Shown here piece by piece: positions 1-9,116 of a DNA stretch of 32,000 nucleotides. The stretch covers positions 14,502-46,501 of the forward strand of contig CAZYLT010000017.1 in NCBI GenBank assembly GCA_964648855.1, given 5' to 3'. The DNA is from an uncultured archaeon. GTDB taxonomy: Archaea > Asgardarchaeota > Thorarchaeia > Thorarchaeales > Thorarchaeaceae. Both the position numbers and the translations under genes were made by a program. The notes beneath the pieces were generated by a model that ran no database searches, was not told the DNA's origin, and was given only the letters and a program-made list of their open reading frames with translations. Each line of letters opens with the position of its first letter. The stretch's first letter is position 1.

Positions 1-1
1 A

Positions 2-391
2 GTGTCTGAAGAATTGGTAGATACATACTCGATTAAGCTATCCGACATTGATGAACCAGCAAGCACATTGTCAGGAGGAAACCAGCAAAAAGTTGTTGCA
101 GCAAGAGAGCTATCCTCCATGCCCAAGGTGATTCTGGCAGCACAACCCACTAGAGGCCTTGATGTGGGGGCTACGGAATACATTCGCAATGTCTTGGTGA
201 AAATGAGAGACGAAGGAGTTGCAATCCTATTGGTATCAGCTGAGCTTGAAGAGATAATGAATCTCGCAGATAGGATTGGAGTGATTTACAAAGGCAAAAT
301 AGTTGCTGAGCGAAGGCCGGAAGAAACTAGCAATGAGGAATTGGGATTGTTGATGGCTGGAGAGAAATCCAACATGAAAGAGGAGGTATAG
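2..391 (+). CDS. ABC transporter ATP-binding protein, C-terminal part (CUT2/nucleoside-sugar type; 5' truncated by the window edge)
   Basis: LSGGNQQK signature, AAQPTRGLDVG Walker B variant and LLVSAELEE switch are typical of the second NBD of RbsA/NupA-type ATPases. Followed by two permeases. Confidence 0.93.
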   Translation: MSEELVDTYSIKLSDIDEPASTLSGGNQQKVVAARELSSMPKVILAAQPTRGLDVGATEYIRNVLVKMRDEGVAILLVSAELEEIMNLADRIGVIYKGKIVAERRPEETSNEELGLLMAGEKSNMKEEV

Positions 392-394
392 ATT

Positions 395-1894
395 ATGGAA
401 GATTCAGCTATGAGTAAGAAACAACCAGGGAAAGACAATCCTAAGCCATTCACCCCCGAGTGGTTCCAAGCAAAAATAATCAATCCATTTCTTACTAAAC
501 TCAGAGACCCCGAATTCCATAAGCAGGTCGCTGCATCCTTGGGATCTATTGTTCTTGCCATGCTCATTGCAACAGTTGTTATGATCATGGCGGGATATAA
601 TGCAGGTCTGGCGTTTATCGCTCTCATCAGAGGGGCAATCCTGTCATGGGATAGAGTTCTTTTCAGAGCGACACCGCTAATATTTACCGGCCTCTCTGTT
701 GCCCTAGCCTTCAAATCTGGGCTTTTCAATATTGGACCCGAAGGTCAGGTCTTCATTGGTGCGATGGCGGCAACTGTTGTTGGATATATGATTGCCCTAC
801 CAATCGTAATTCATCCTATAGCATCCCTATTTGTAGCAGGTCTGATGGGTGGAATTTGGGGGTTTGTTCCTGGGCTTCTTAAGGCGTATCGTGGTGCTCA
901 TGAGGTTGTCACGACAATGATGCTTAGTTATACTGCAATACTCCTAACCCACTATCTTGTTGCAGGACCATTTTTGGAGCCAGGTAATGAATATATCCTC
1001 CAAACTCCGCCTATATTTGGTTCTGCCGAACTGCCAAAACTCACAGGCTCATTTCTAAGCTGGGCATTCTTGGTCGGGATACTTGCAGTCATTGCTGTAG
1101 ACTTTTTGATCAACCGAACTGTGCTCGGTTACGAGATGAGAGCAGTAGGACTAAATAAGGACGCAGCTGAATATGCCGGCATTAATTCAAAACGCACAAT
1201 GGCACTCTCTTTAGGTTTAGCAGGAGCGCTTGCAGGCATGGGTGGAGCAGGAGAAATTCTGGGGTACCATCATCGGTTTATTGACAATTGGAGCTCGGGT
1301 TTAGGATGGGACGGGATTACCGTTGCTGTACTTGGAGGAAATAACCCTTGGGGGGTTCTTGTGGGCGCAATATTCTTTGGAGCTCTTAAGACTGGAGGAA
1401 ACAGCATGCAACGTATTGCGGGTGTTCCTTCTGAGATGGTTAGCGTTATTCAAGGATTGATAGTGGTTTTTGTAGCTGCACCCAGGATAATCAACTGGAT
1501 TTCTGAGAGGGGTGGAGAAGAATTCAACTGGCTAAAACGTTCTCCGCGAGAAGGCGGTCCTCACTTCATAACACTTGGTGTAACGCTTGTGGCATCAATC
1601 CTTGGTCTTAGCCTACTGGGCTCCATTTCACATACTAGCATGATGGCGGGAATAGTAGTCTTCGTAGCCAGCTTGATTGGCATAGTTGCGTTTGTGTTTA
1701 TGTTTTCAAGGGAGCTGAGAGGACTACAGCTTGCTATCCTATCAGGAATTTTATGGTTTGTAGCGACGCCTATAGGATTCATGGTGGGCAACACTTCATT
1801 GCTGTTATCCAGCCTGATTCTTGGAGCTATAATGACCGTATTTGGGTTGGTTACAATGATTGGGTACAAAAGTCAATTGGAGGGTGACTCATGA
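395..1894 (+). CDS. ABC transporter permease (NupB/YufP-like) with a C-terminal extra membrane extension
   Basis: ATPLIFTGLSVALAFKSGLFNIGPEGQ, GAHEVVTTMML, GYEMRAVGLN and GWDGITVAVLG motifs of BPD_transp_2 permeases. Confidence 0.9.
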   Translation: MEDSAMSKKQPGKDNPKPFTPEWFQAKIINPFLTKLRDPEFHKQVAASLGSIVLAMLIATVVMIMAGYNAGLAFIALIRGAILSWDRVLFRATPLIFTGLSVALAFKSGLFNIGPEGQVFIGAMAATVVGYMIALPIVIHPIASLFVAGLMGGIWGFVPGLLKAYRGAHEVVTTMMLSYTAILLTHYLVAGPFLEPGNEYILQTPPIFGSAELPKLTGSFLSWAFLVGILAVIAVDFLINRTVLGYEMRAVGLNKDAAEYAGINSKRTMALSLGLAGALAGMGGAGEILGYHHRFIDNWSSGLGWDGITVAVLGGNNPWGVLVGAIFFGALKTGGNSMQRIAGVPSEMVSVIQGLIVVFVAAPRIINWISERGGEEFNWLKRSPREGGPHFITLGVTLVASILGLSLLGSISHTSMMAGIVVFVASLIGIVAFVFMFSRELRGLQLAILSGILWFVATPIGFMVGNTSLLLSSLILGAIMTVFGLVTMIGYKSQLEGDS

Positions 1895-2853
1895 TGCAAG
1901 GAGCAGATGCAACCACGTTTGCACTTATTGGATGGTTGATACGGGCTACATTGCAGATGGCAACACCATTGGTCCTAGCTGCACTTGGAGGGATGTTCAG
2001 TGAGCGTTCAGGTGTTGTAAATATCGGCTTAGAGGGTATGATGTTGGTGGGCGCATTTTCAGCAGTTGCAGTGACCTATTTCACCGACAACCCCTGGTTT
2101 GGCTTTATTGTTGCAATTCTTGCCGGTGGTGCACTTGCTGCGGTTCATGCCATTGTTTGTGTTAAATTCAAAGGAAATCATATTGTGAGCGGGACAGGAA
2201 TAATTCTATTGGGAGCAGGAATAACGACTCTAGGATTGGAACTAGTTTGGGGAATAAAGGGACGGTCAGATGAAGTCTTTGGGTTGCCAAATGTCGTACT
2301 TCCTCAGATCCAAGGAATCCCCATAATTGGTACCGCCTTTGGTTCTTTGTCTCCTGTAATCTACATGATGTTCATCATGACAGTCGTATGCTGGTATGTC
2401 CTTTACCGAACACCATTCGGTCTGCGATTACGGGCGGCTGGGGAGGATCCCAGTACTCTCGATACTGCCGGGGTAAACGTGGAGTGGTATCGAGCAATCG
2501 GTGTTATTCTAAGTGGATGCCTTGCAGGAATGGGAGGGGCATACCTTTCCATCGGGTTTGAAAATGCATTCGCAAAAGGTATGACGGCCGGAAGAGGTTT
2601 CATTGCATTAGCTGCACTCATATTTGGGAACTGGACACCTATTGGTTGTCTGTTAGCAGGTTTGTTCTTTGGATTCTTATATGGACTGGACTATGCTCTG
2701 CAGCTAACATTAGGGCTTGAGGTCGTTGGAGACTACATCAGCTTTATTCAAATGGTCCCCTATCTTCTTGTCATTGTTGCTTTAGCAGGGATTAGAAGGT
2801 CAATTCCACCAAAATCAGTTGGCGTTCCCTATGAAAAAGAAACGCGTGCATAG
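1891..2853 (+). CDS. ABC transporter permease (NupC/YufQ-like)
   Basis: ATPLVLAALGGMFSERSGVVNIGLEG, GLRLRAAGE and GRGFIALAALIFGNW motifs. ATGA-type 4-nt overlap with the upstream gene. Confidence 0.92.
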   Translation: MMQGADATTFALIGWLIRATLQMATPLVLAALGGMFSERSGVVNIGLEGMMLVGAFSAVAVTYFTDNPWFGFIVAILAGGALAAVHAIVCVKFKGNHIVSGTGIILLGAGITTLGLELVWGIKGRSDEVFGLPNVVLPQIQGIPIIGTAFGSLSPVIYMMFIMTVVCWYVLYRTPFGLRLRAAGEDPSTLDTAGVNVEWYRAIGVILSGCLAGMGGAYLSIGFENAFAKGMTAGRGFIALAALIFGNWTPIGCLLAGLFFGFLYGLDYALQLTLGLEVVGDYISFIQMVPYLLVIVALAGIRRSIPPKSVGVPYEKETRA

Positions 2854-2924
2854 TAAATTTACCTGTAGAATGCTCACATCCACAAGGTAGTCTTAAAAGA
2901 GGAACTTCTGGGGAGGATGCTACA

Positions 2925-3368
2925 TTGAAGGTCATTCATAATCGTAGTCCGATGCTCCTATGCCTCGTTGGTGGCATATTGATGATAGCATCGGGTTCAA
3001 GCGGGTCCATGGGGTACTTGGTAGAACTCGAACAACCTCTCCAAGATGGAGTAGATTCGACGATATCTTTGACCCTTGATATCATTTTGGCTATTCTTAC
3101 ATTGCTAACAGCACTGGCAGGACTGGGCCTCATTTTAGCTGGGTTGATTCTCACCACAAGATATGTTGAACCTGCGAGATATGCGATAATTGTGAGTGTG
3201 GGGACTGGGGTTCTTAGTCTGGTCATGAGCCTAGTGCAGCTTGCTATGGCTGGCGTTCCACGCATGGACCTCAACGTCCAATTCGTACAGTCAATGGGGT
3301 GGATTGGTGCTATGTTTGGCATTGTCGCCCGAATCATTTCTCAGCAGCAGCCAATTGTGTCTAGCTGA
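2925..3368 (+). CDS. Hypothetical membrane protein (about 4 TM)
   Basis: Four hydrophobic segments. GGAGG at about 2912-2916 precedes the TTG start, and a TATA-like TCTTAAAA lies at about 2891. Confidence 0.7.
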   Translation: MKVIHNRSPMLLCLVGGILMIASGSSGSMGYLVELEQPLQDGVDSTISLTLDIILAILTLLTALAGLGLILAGLILTTRYVEPARYAIIVSVGTGVLSLVMSLVQLAMAGVPRMDLNVQFVQSMGWIGAMFGIVARIISQQQPIVSS

Positions 3369-3374
3369 ATTTTC

Positions 3375-3770
3375 TCAGATGTCGTATATTGAAACAGAGG
3401 CTTCTAGGTTCTTTGCCGCTTGAATACATTCACGGAGAATCCCTGATTTGTCAGCATCCATTGGTGCAAAGGCAATCATGAACCATACTCCCTTTCCAGT
3501 GGCCATGATAATGCTTGTAGCTCCCGAAGGGTTGATGGCAACCAAGCTTGAATCATTATTCAGGACAGTGATGAACCGAATATTCTTCACAACAAATCGG
3601 CTCGTTTCGCCATTCCATGCTTTAATCAGAATATCAAAATCCTGCGTCTTTAGCTGAAGATTCTCGGTCATATACCCAGACTTGCCTTCAACACTAAATA
3701 CGCATGCACCAGATATTTCGGAATAGTTGGTCATCGCGATTTGTACTGTCCGTTGGATTCTTGCACTCAT
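3375..3770 (-). CDS. Profilin-like protein (Asgard type)
   Basis: 131 aa. The pattern ISGACVFSVEGK..TENLQL..D, RFVVKNIRFITV..DSSLVAINPSG.TSIIMA and a C-terminal helix ECIQAAKNL follows the helix/sheet layout I recall for Asgard and eukaryotic profilins. Confidence 0.72.
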   Translation of the reverse strand: MSARIQRTVQIAMTNYSEISGACVFSVEGKSGYMTENLQLKTQDFDILIKAWNGETSRFVVKNIRFITVLNNDSSLVAINPSGATSIIMATGKGVWFMIAFAPMDADKSGILRECIQAAKNLEASVSIYDI

Positions 3771-3872
3771 GTAGCAGCCCTATCGTGTGAAGTGTGCTAC
3801 AAGAAATAGGTATTGCGTGGATGTAGGTTGAATCAGTAGGAATAAGGGTCAATAGTAACAAGACGAGGTTTT

Positions 3873-4469
3873 CTATGAAGACGCAATAGAAACTGCTCTT
3901 GCCATGAGAACGCTTCTACCATGCAGTTCGTCGTTACTGATCCAAGTTACAAGCTTGCCATCCTTTTCGGACATTCCATGACGCAGTGCGATATTCTTTA
4001 AATCTGGATGATGCAAATATGGCGACTCTAATCTATAGACAAACCATTCATCAGAACCTTGTTCCTTAATTCGGCACGTAATATTGATTTCTTTCCCTTC
4101 ACCAATTTCAACTTTGAATCGCTTTCCTATCGAATGCGAAATCTTCGCATACGGTCCAAAAACGCCATTCAAAACAGCATCTGTGTAATTCGCTGCAGGA
4201 GTTGGCAAGAATGCCCAGGTCCAGAAAGCATATCCAAAGATCATAAGGGCAAATGCCACTATGAAACCTATTGTGTTGAATGAGTAGACCACTTCGAACC
4301 CCTGTGACCAGCCGGGTGGAAACCATTCTTGTGGCAGAGATTCAATTTCATAGATATCAGGACTATAAAATATGTAGAGGGCGGCAGAAAATACAACCAA
4401 TAGAGTTGCCAATGCTATTTTTTGTCTCTCCCGATAGAGGCTCTTGGCATTCTCGAGTAGGTGATCCAT
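3873..4469 (-). CDS. Hypothetical membrane protein (2 TM plus C-terminal soluble domain)
   Basis: 198-aa ORF with two hydrophobic helices. Abuts the upstream wHTH gene (stop immediately followed by ATG). Confidence 0.7.
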   Translation of the reverse strand: MDHLLENAKSLYRERQKIALATLLVVFSAALYIFYSPDIYEIESLPQEWFPPGWSQGFEVVYSFNTIGFIVAFALMIFGYAFWTWAFLPTPAANYTDAVLNGVFGPYAKISHSIGKRFKVEIGEGKEINITCRIKEQGSDEWFVYRLESPYLHHPDLKNIALRHGMSEKDGKLVTWISNDELHGRSVLMARAVSIASS

Positions 4470-4823
4470 CTAGTGTTCCTCCAGAGTTTCTTCGTATACT
4501 TTGCGTGTTTCTTTTCCGTAGGTTCTGCACAATGCCACAAGGACAGAGAGCAGCGGATGTTCATTATTGATCCGTATCGCATAGAGCTTCGGTGTCAGCT
4601 CGTCGATGAGTATCAACTCGTTTTCCTGCAAATGCGATAGGACTCCTCTATAGAGGCTCCTCGATTTCCCACTGTAGCCGATTAGTCGACTGAGCTGTAC
4701 TCCACTGACGCTACGCGGGTAGATATGGGCCAAGGCCAGCAGAATCGCTCGCCGAGTGCTATTGAGCGAAGCAAACAGCTGGATGAGCTCATATACTGAG
4801 CGTAGTGTTTCGTCATCTTCCAT
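4470..4823 (-). CDS. Winged-helix DNA-binding protein (ArsR-like)
   Basis: Start moved to the ATG of MEDDET. LFASLNSTRRAILLAL..VSGVQLSRLIG..LYRGVLSHLQENELI resembles a wHTH. Confidence 0.65.
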   Translation of the reverse strand: MEDDETLRSVYELIQLFASLNSTRRAILLALAHIYPRSVSGVQLSRLIGYSGKSRSLYRGVLSHLQENELILIDELTPKLYAIRINNEHPLLSVLVALCRTYGKETRKVYEETLEEH

Positions 4824-5068
4824 ATTTCTCAACCCACTATAGACCTTTATGTGCACAAGAATACACATTGCAAACTCAAAGTGCCAGCAACAATTTTGTC
4901 GGTTTCCACATTTCTTCCTTTGCTCTCTTATTGGAGAATGCAACTATTTCATTCTTGTGTATTAGAGCTGTTTCTTCACCATACTAGGAGTATTGCCCCG
5001 CATAGAGTTAATAAACTTCGTTTGCCAGATATGATATATCTCTACTCACATATACGGAGGTTTCAAAA

Positions 5069-5635
5069 ATCAGATCATTTGGAAGTAAATTCCTTGGTTG
5101 GCTAGCAGCCGTCGCAATCGTACTTATCGCAGGATGGTTCCTGCTGCCGTCAGGGTATAACACGTTAGTTCTGTGGCTTGCGCCACAACTAGGAAACTAC
5201 ATTCGTCCGACTCTTGTTCTTGTTAACACACTACTAGTAGACCCACTCAATAACCTGCAGATGGTAGCCATTTGGGGTGTTGCGGGATTCATTGCTGGAG
5301 TGCTTGCTGGAACCAAGAAAGGGGCGTTTGCAGTGGGCCTATTAGCCTGGCTCACAATGATACTTATGCTTGTATTTCTGGTCTTTCAGCTATTTACAAC
5401 TGGGGTAGAACTTGGTACAATTCCGCCCATCCCGCCAGGTTCATCTATTGCAGATGTTTTGGGAATTCCACTAATTCAATCTGTAGTGGATGAGTTACTG
5501 CCGCTGATTGCGGGTAGCGGAGGAGCACCAGATATTAGCTCCCTTCTACAGCCATTGATAATTTGGTTCTTGACTCCCCCCATTGTTGTGATTGTCACAG
5601 GAATCATTGGCGCCACAGTGCGCCCAAAGGAGTGA
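5069..5635 (+). CDS. Hypothetical multi-pass membrane protein; probable ATC start (ORF track calls 5261)
   Basis: Frame open from TAA at 5012. Encodes the hydrophobic KFLGWLAAVAIVLIAGWFLL upstream of the ATG at 5261. GGAGG at 5056-5060 lies 8 nt before ATC at 5069. Confidence 0.7.
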   Translation: MRSFGSKFLGWLAAVAIVLIAGWFLLPSGYNTLVLWLAPQLGNYIRPTLVLVNTLLVDPLNNLQMVAIWGVAGFIAGVLAGTKKGAFAVGLLAWLTMILMLVFLVFQLFTTGVELGTIPPIPPGSSIADVLGIPLIQSVVDELLPLIAGSGGAPDISSLLQPLIIWFLTPPIVVIVTGIIGATVRPKE

Positions 5636-5642
5636 GAAAATA

Positions 5643-7280
5643 ATGAAAGTAAAGCACGCATTTACACTTATGTTCGTAGCGTTCATGGTTTTTGCACCAT
5701 TAACGGCAGCAGCGATGGAAGACAGCTTTGGTGTTGCACAGGGTGAGGAATTCAATCCTGAAGAACTCATTGGGAGGCTCCTTGAGGAAGGAGCTGAGGT
5801 ACTACTTACCAATATTGATGAAGACGGGGTACCCGGTGTCATTTATGGACAATTAGGGATCCCTTCAGATGACCTGGGCCTCACGGAAGATTTCTATGAT
5901 GGTTGTCTCGCAATGGCAATGATATCTACTCATGGAGAATTTCTAGATATTGTCTTTGATTTGATAGGCGGAAACCCATTCTCAGGAGAATCCTCCGGAG
6001 GCGAGTTTGCCACAGCACAGGATGGTGGTATGGGAAGTCCTGAGGAAATTCTAGAAATACTTGGAACCGAGTTTAATCTACTAATAACTGTGTATGCGAA
6101 TATGCCAGAAGCTGAGTCTCAGCAGAAGATGTCAGGCGTTGTCAACCACATGACAAGCACTTTCGGCTTCAGTTTGACACAACTACTGGCAATCAGGATC
6201 GATGAGAACTTGTTTCCACCAGACGCTGAGATTGAACTGCCCTTTGACTCTCTTGACCTGTTTATATATCAGGAGCTGAGCACGTTTGACATTGTAACAA
6301 ACGCAATGTTAAGTCAAATGGATGACTCTGGAATCCTTGGAGCGATGGACACCTCCCTCTTCACCGAGGCCAGAGCATCAGCCGCAGGGATGCTTGCTAT
6401 TCCTGACTTGGCTGAGCTGGTGAATTTCATCAATTCAACCTTCGAGGGCGCTGGAACTGCTCCCCCATCTTCTGGATTCGCTCTAGCTCAATTCCCAGAG
6501 AACCTAGAAGGCCCACTCGCTATAGCTGCAGTAGGGTACCTTGGTGAGCAAGTCTTGACATCAGAAAGCACCGAGCTGAATGTAGGCGCATTGGTTGGAG
6601 CAACAGGAACAATCTCTCCGTTAGATTCTGGACAGTCTCTTATTATTACGAACCTGCCTGAGAATGTGAATATCACATCTGTGACTCCATTTGTTGAGAA
6701 TCAAACCTTCTACGAAGCGAATGGTAGCACCGTCTTCTGGAATTCGACAGCACTCGGAGACCAGCCAGATTACCTCATTTCATTTGATGGTGGAGAATTC
6801 CCGCCACCGATTACTATTGAGCGAACTTTCTCACCTGAAACTGCCACAGCGGGAGGGTCCGTGGAGGTTACGGTCACCGTGACCAACGAAGGAACGGAAG
6901 CGATTTCCGATGTGTATCTGAATGACACAGGCTTATTGAGCTATTATAGCTCAGTTACTGTGACAGGCACAACAAGTGACACATTTGCGACTCTGAATGG
7001 TGGACAAAGCGAATCAATAATCTATCAGGTTGTATTCGAAAACGAAGGTCGGTACGGATTCCCAAAGGCTGCTGTCATGTATACATATGAGGGTGATAGC
7101 TACACAAAGACCACTCCTCGCGATGGTTATACCGTAGAACCAAACCCTGGCAATCTTGCAGCCCAGGCCATAGCTGATGGATGGCCCTATTCCGGTATTG
7201 CAGTAGGTGTGGTAGCACTTGTTGGAATCTATTCCATTGCGGGACTTGTCCGCGGTCGAGGCGACACATATCAAGTATAA
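5643..7280 (+). CDS. Acidic cell-surface glycoprotein: signal peptide, Ig-like (DUF11/CARDB-like) domain, C-terminal TM anchor
   Basis: MKVKHAFTLMFVAFMVFAPLTAAA signal peptide, ERTFSP..GGSVEVTVTVTNEG Ig-like motif, multiple N-x-S/T sequons (NST, NIT, NQT, NGS, NDT) and a C-terminal TM followed by RGRG. Confidence 0.75.
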   Translation: MKVKHAFTLMFVAFMVFAPLTAAAMEDSFGVAQGEEFNPEELIGRLLEEGAEVLLTNIDEDGVPGVIYGQLGIPSDDLGLTEDFYDGCLAMAMISTHGEFLDIVFDLIGGNPFSGESSGGEFATAQDGGMGSPEEILEILGTEFNLLITVYANMPEAESQQKMSGVVNHMTSTFGFSLTQLLAIRIDENLFPPDAEIELPFDSLDLFIYQELSTFDIVTNAMLSQMDDSGILGAMDTSLFTEARASAAGMLAIPDLAELVNFINSTFEGAGTAPPSSGFALAQFPENLEGPLAIAAVGYLGEQVLTSESTELNVGALVGATGTISPLDSGQSLIITNLPENVNITSVTPFVENQTFYEANGSTVFWNSTALGDQPDYLISFDGGEFPPPITIERTFSPETATAGGSVEVTVTVTNEGTEAISDVYLNDTGLLSYYSSVTVTGTTSDTFATLNGGQSESIIYQVVFENEGRYGFPKAAVMYTYEGDSYTKTTPRDGYTVEPNPGNLAAQAIADGWPYSGIAVGVVALVGIYSIAGLVRGRGDTYQV

Positions 7281-7285
7281 ACTGC

Positions 7286-7332
7286 TGATTTCCCGGACTA
7301 TGTCCGGGAGTCAACTCTTTCTTTTTTTCTTC
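7286..7332 (+). terminator. Hairpin plus T-rich tract after the surface-protein gene
   Basis: TCCCGGAC-TAT-GTCCGGGA (7291-7309) followed by CTCTTTCTTTTTTTCTT. Confidence 0.7.
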
Positions 7333-7393
7333 TATCAAAACGCGTAGCCGATAGTTTATCTTGCCGTCAGTGATTCAATCTAATAGACTTAGA

Positions 7394-8335
7394 ATGACAT
7401 TACGAGAGAAGTTAGAGGGCTATCTGCGGCTCGAGCGTGCATTTTTTGGCATTTCTGAACATGAGGATAGACAGCCGGATATCGGGGTATTGGGCGTGCC
7501 ATATGACCTTACCTCTAGTCATACCCCAGGAAGCCGTTTCGGGCCCGATGCCATAAGAAGAGCAACAGACAGTGAAAGGTCTCATGGATATCCATTATTG
7601 ATCGGTAAAGAACCCATAAACAGTGATAGGCCATTGTCCGAGATAATTACTCTCGAAGACATCGGAGACCTAGAGGTTGGAGTTCAATTACCTGAATCAG
7701 TTGAGGTTCATATCTCTGAAGCGGCCAAGATTCTAGGTGGTTCTAATACGTCACTCGTATTTCTTGGGGGTGACCACTTCATAACCTATCCCATCATGAA
7801 AGGCTTGAAGAAGGCCTCTCAGGGCAGATGGGGCCTTTTCTATTTGGATTCTCACGCAGATTTCTATGATGACTATGGCGGTGCTGATTTATCACATGCC
7901 TCCACAGTTCGTAGGATTGTTGAGCAAGACATTACCGATTTACAGAATATTGTTGCATATGATATGAGGTGTGCACCTCCTGATCAGCGAATCGAATTAC
8001 AGCCACTGATTTCACAAGATGTGGAAACGATTGCAGAAACAGCAGTCCGGTTCAGCAATGTTTCTTCAAGGGTTGACCAAATCCATTTGTCAATCGATCT
8101 AGATATTCTCGACCCTGTATATGCTCCAGGCGTTTCTCATCCTGAATCAGGCGGTCTCTCAGTTGAGGAACTCATAACCCTCATCCGGCTAGCTTTTACT
8201 ACGGGAAAAGTACACTCCGCAGATATTGTTGAACTAAACCCGATGTTGGATGAGAATGGCTTGACAGCTATCGCTGCTAGAGATGTGCTCAAGGAAGTGC
8301 TTTGGGGATTCGCCATTTCGAAACGAAAGTTATAA
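7394..8335 (+). CDS. speB: Agmatinase / ureohydrolase (arginase family)
   Basis: GVPYD..GSRFGPDAIR, GGDH, DSHAD, SHAS, SIDLDILDP..APG..PESGG and DIVELNP metal-binding motifs. Start set at the ATG of MTLREK. Confidence 0.85.
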   Translation: MTLREKLEGYLRLERAFFGISEHEDRQPDIGVLGVPYDLTSSHTPGSRFGPDAIRRATDSERSHGYPLLIGKEPINSDRPLSEIITLEDIGDLEVGVQLPESVEVHISEAAKILGGSNTSLVFLGGDHFITYPIMKGLKKASQGRWGLFYLDSHADFYDDYGGADLSHASTVRRIVEQDITDLQNIVAYDMRCAPPDQRIELQPLISQDVETIAETAVRFSNVSSRVDQIHLSIDLDILDPVYAPGVSHPESGGLSVEELITLIRLAFTTGKVHSADIVELNPMLDENGLTAIAARDVLKEVLWGFAISKRKL

Positions 8336-8366
8336 GTAGCAATTACACATAACAATAACGTTCAAG

Positions 8367-9116
8367 ATGGCGATAAGCAGGTCGAAGGAAATTGAAGCGG
8401 TGAGCAATCGGGTAGTGGACTTGCTTCGTGAGTTGGGATTTGGTGCTCACGAGTCCTCTGCTATTGTTGCTCTGAATCAGAAGACCTCATGTACAGTCGC
8501 AGAGCTTTCATCAATGACGGGAATCCATCATGCAAATCTCTATTCTGTTCTTGAAGGGTTAGTTGCACGAGGTCTAGTAGTGCTGACAGAAGGGAGGCCA
8601 AGGGTCTATGCTTTTGCTCCTCTATCAGTATTTGAGGAGCTATTCTCAACCAAAGTAAAACAGGTAGCCAAGGGCTTGAGGCGCCTGAGAGAAGAGCGTA
8701 AGCAATCCGCCACTATTCCTTCCCTGGTCTATACTATTAGAGGAAGGACTGACGTGCATGCGAAAATGGCTGGGATGGTGTCAAAGGCAAAGAAACGGAT
8801 TATGCTGGTATGCCCTGATATCAATATGATTGGATTAGAGATAGTTGACTCAATAAAGGAAGCTTCCAATAGAGGAGTGAAGATCAGAGCTGTATTCGGC
8901 GATTCACCAGAGGACCTGAATTTTGATATAGAACACCGAATAAAAGAAGAAACTATGGCCATAGACCTTGTAGTAGATGGGAAAGAAGCATTGATTTCCA
9001 TGCCAGATATGTCCGTTTGCGGATGGGCTGACAATGAGTTGATTTCCCATCAATTAGAGAACTTTCTTGAACAAACTTGGAACCTAGCGAGGAGTAATGA
9101 TGATGACCGATTATGA
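8367..9116 (+). CDS. TrmB-family transcriptional regulator
   Basis: LRELGF..E..TVAELSSMTGI..LYSVLEGLVARGLV..GRPRVY wHTH, coiled linker, and a C-terminal PLD-like effector domain (RGVKIR, LVVDGKEAL). Confidence 0.88.
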   Translation: MAISRSKEIEAVSNRVVDLLRELGFGAHESSAIVALNQKTSCTVAELSSMTGIHHANLYSVLEGLVARGLVVLTEGRPRVYAFAPLSVFEELFSTKVKQVAKGLRRLREERKQSATIPSLVYTIRGRTDVHAKMAGMVSKAKKRIMLVCPDINMIGLEIVDSIKEASNRGVKIRAVFGDSPEDLNFDIEHRIKEETMAIDLVVDGKEALISMPDMSVCGWADNELISHQLENFLEQTWNLARSNDDDRL

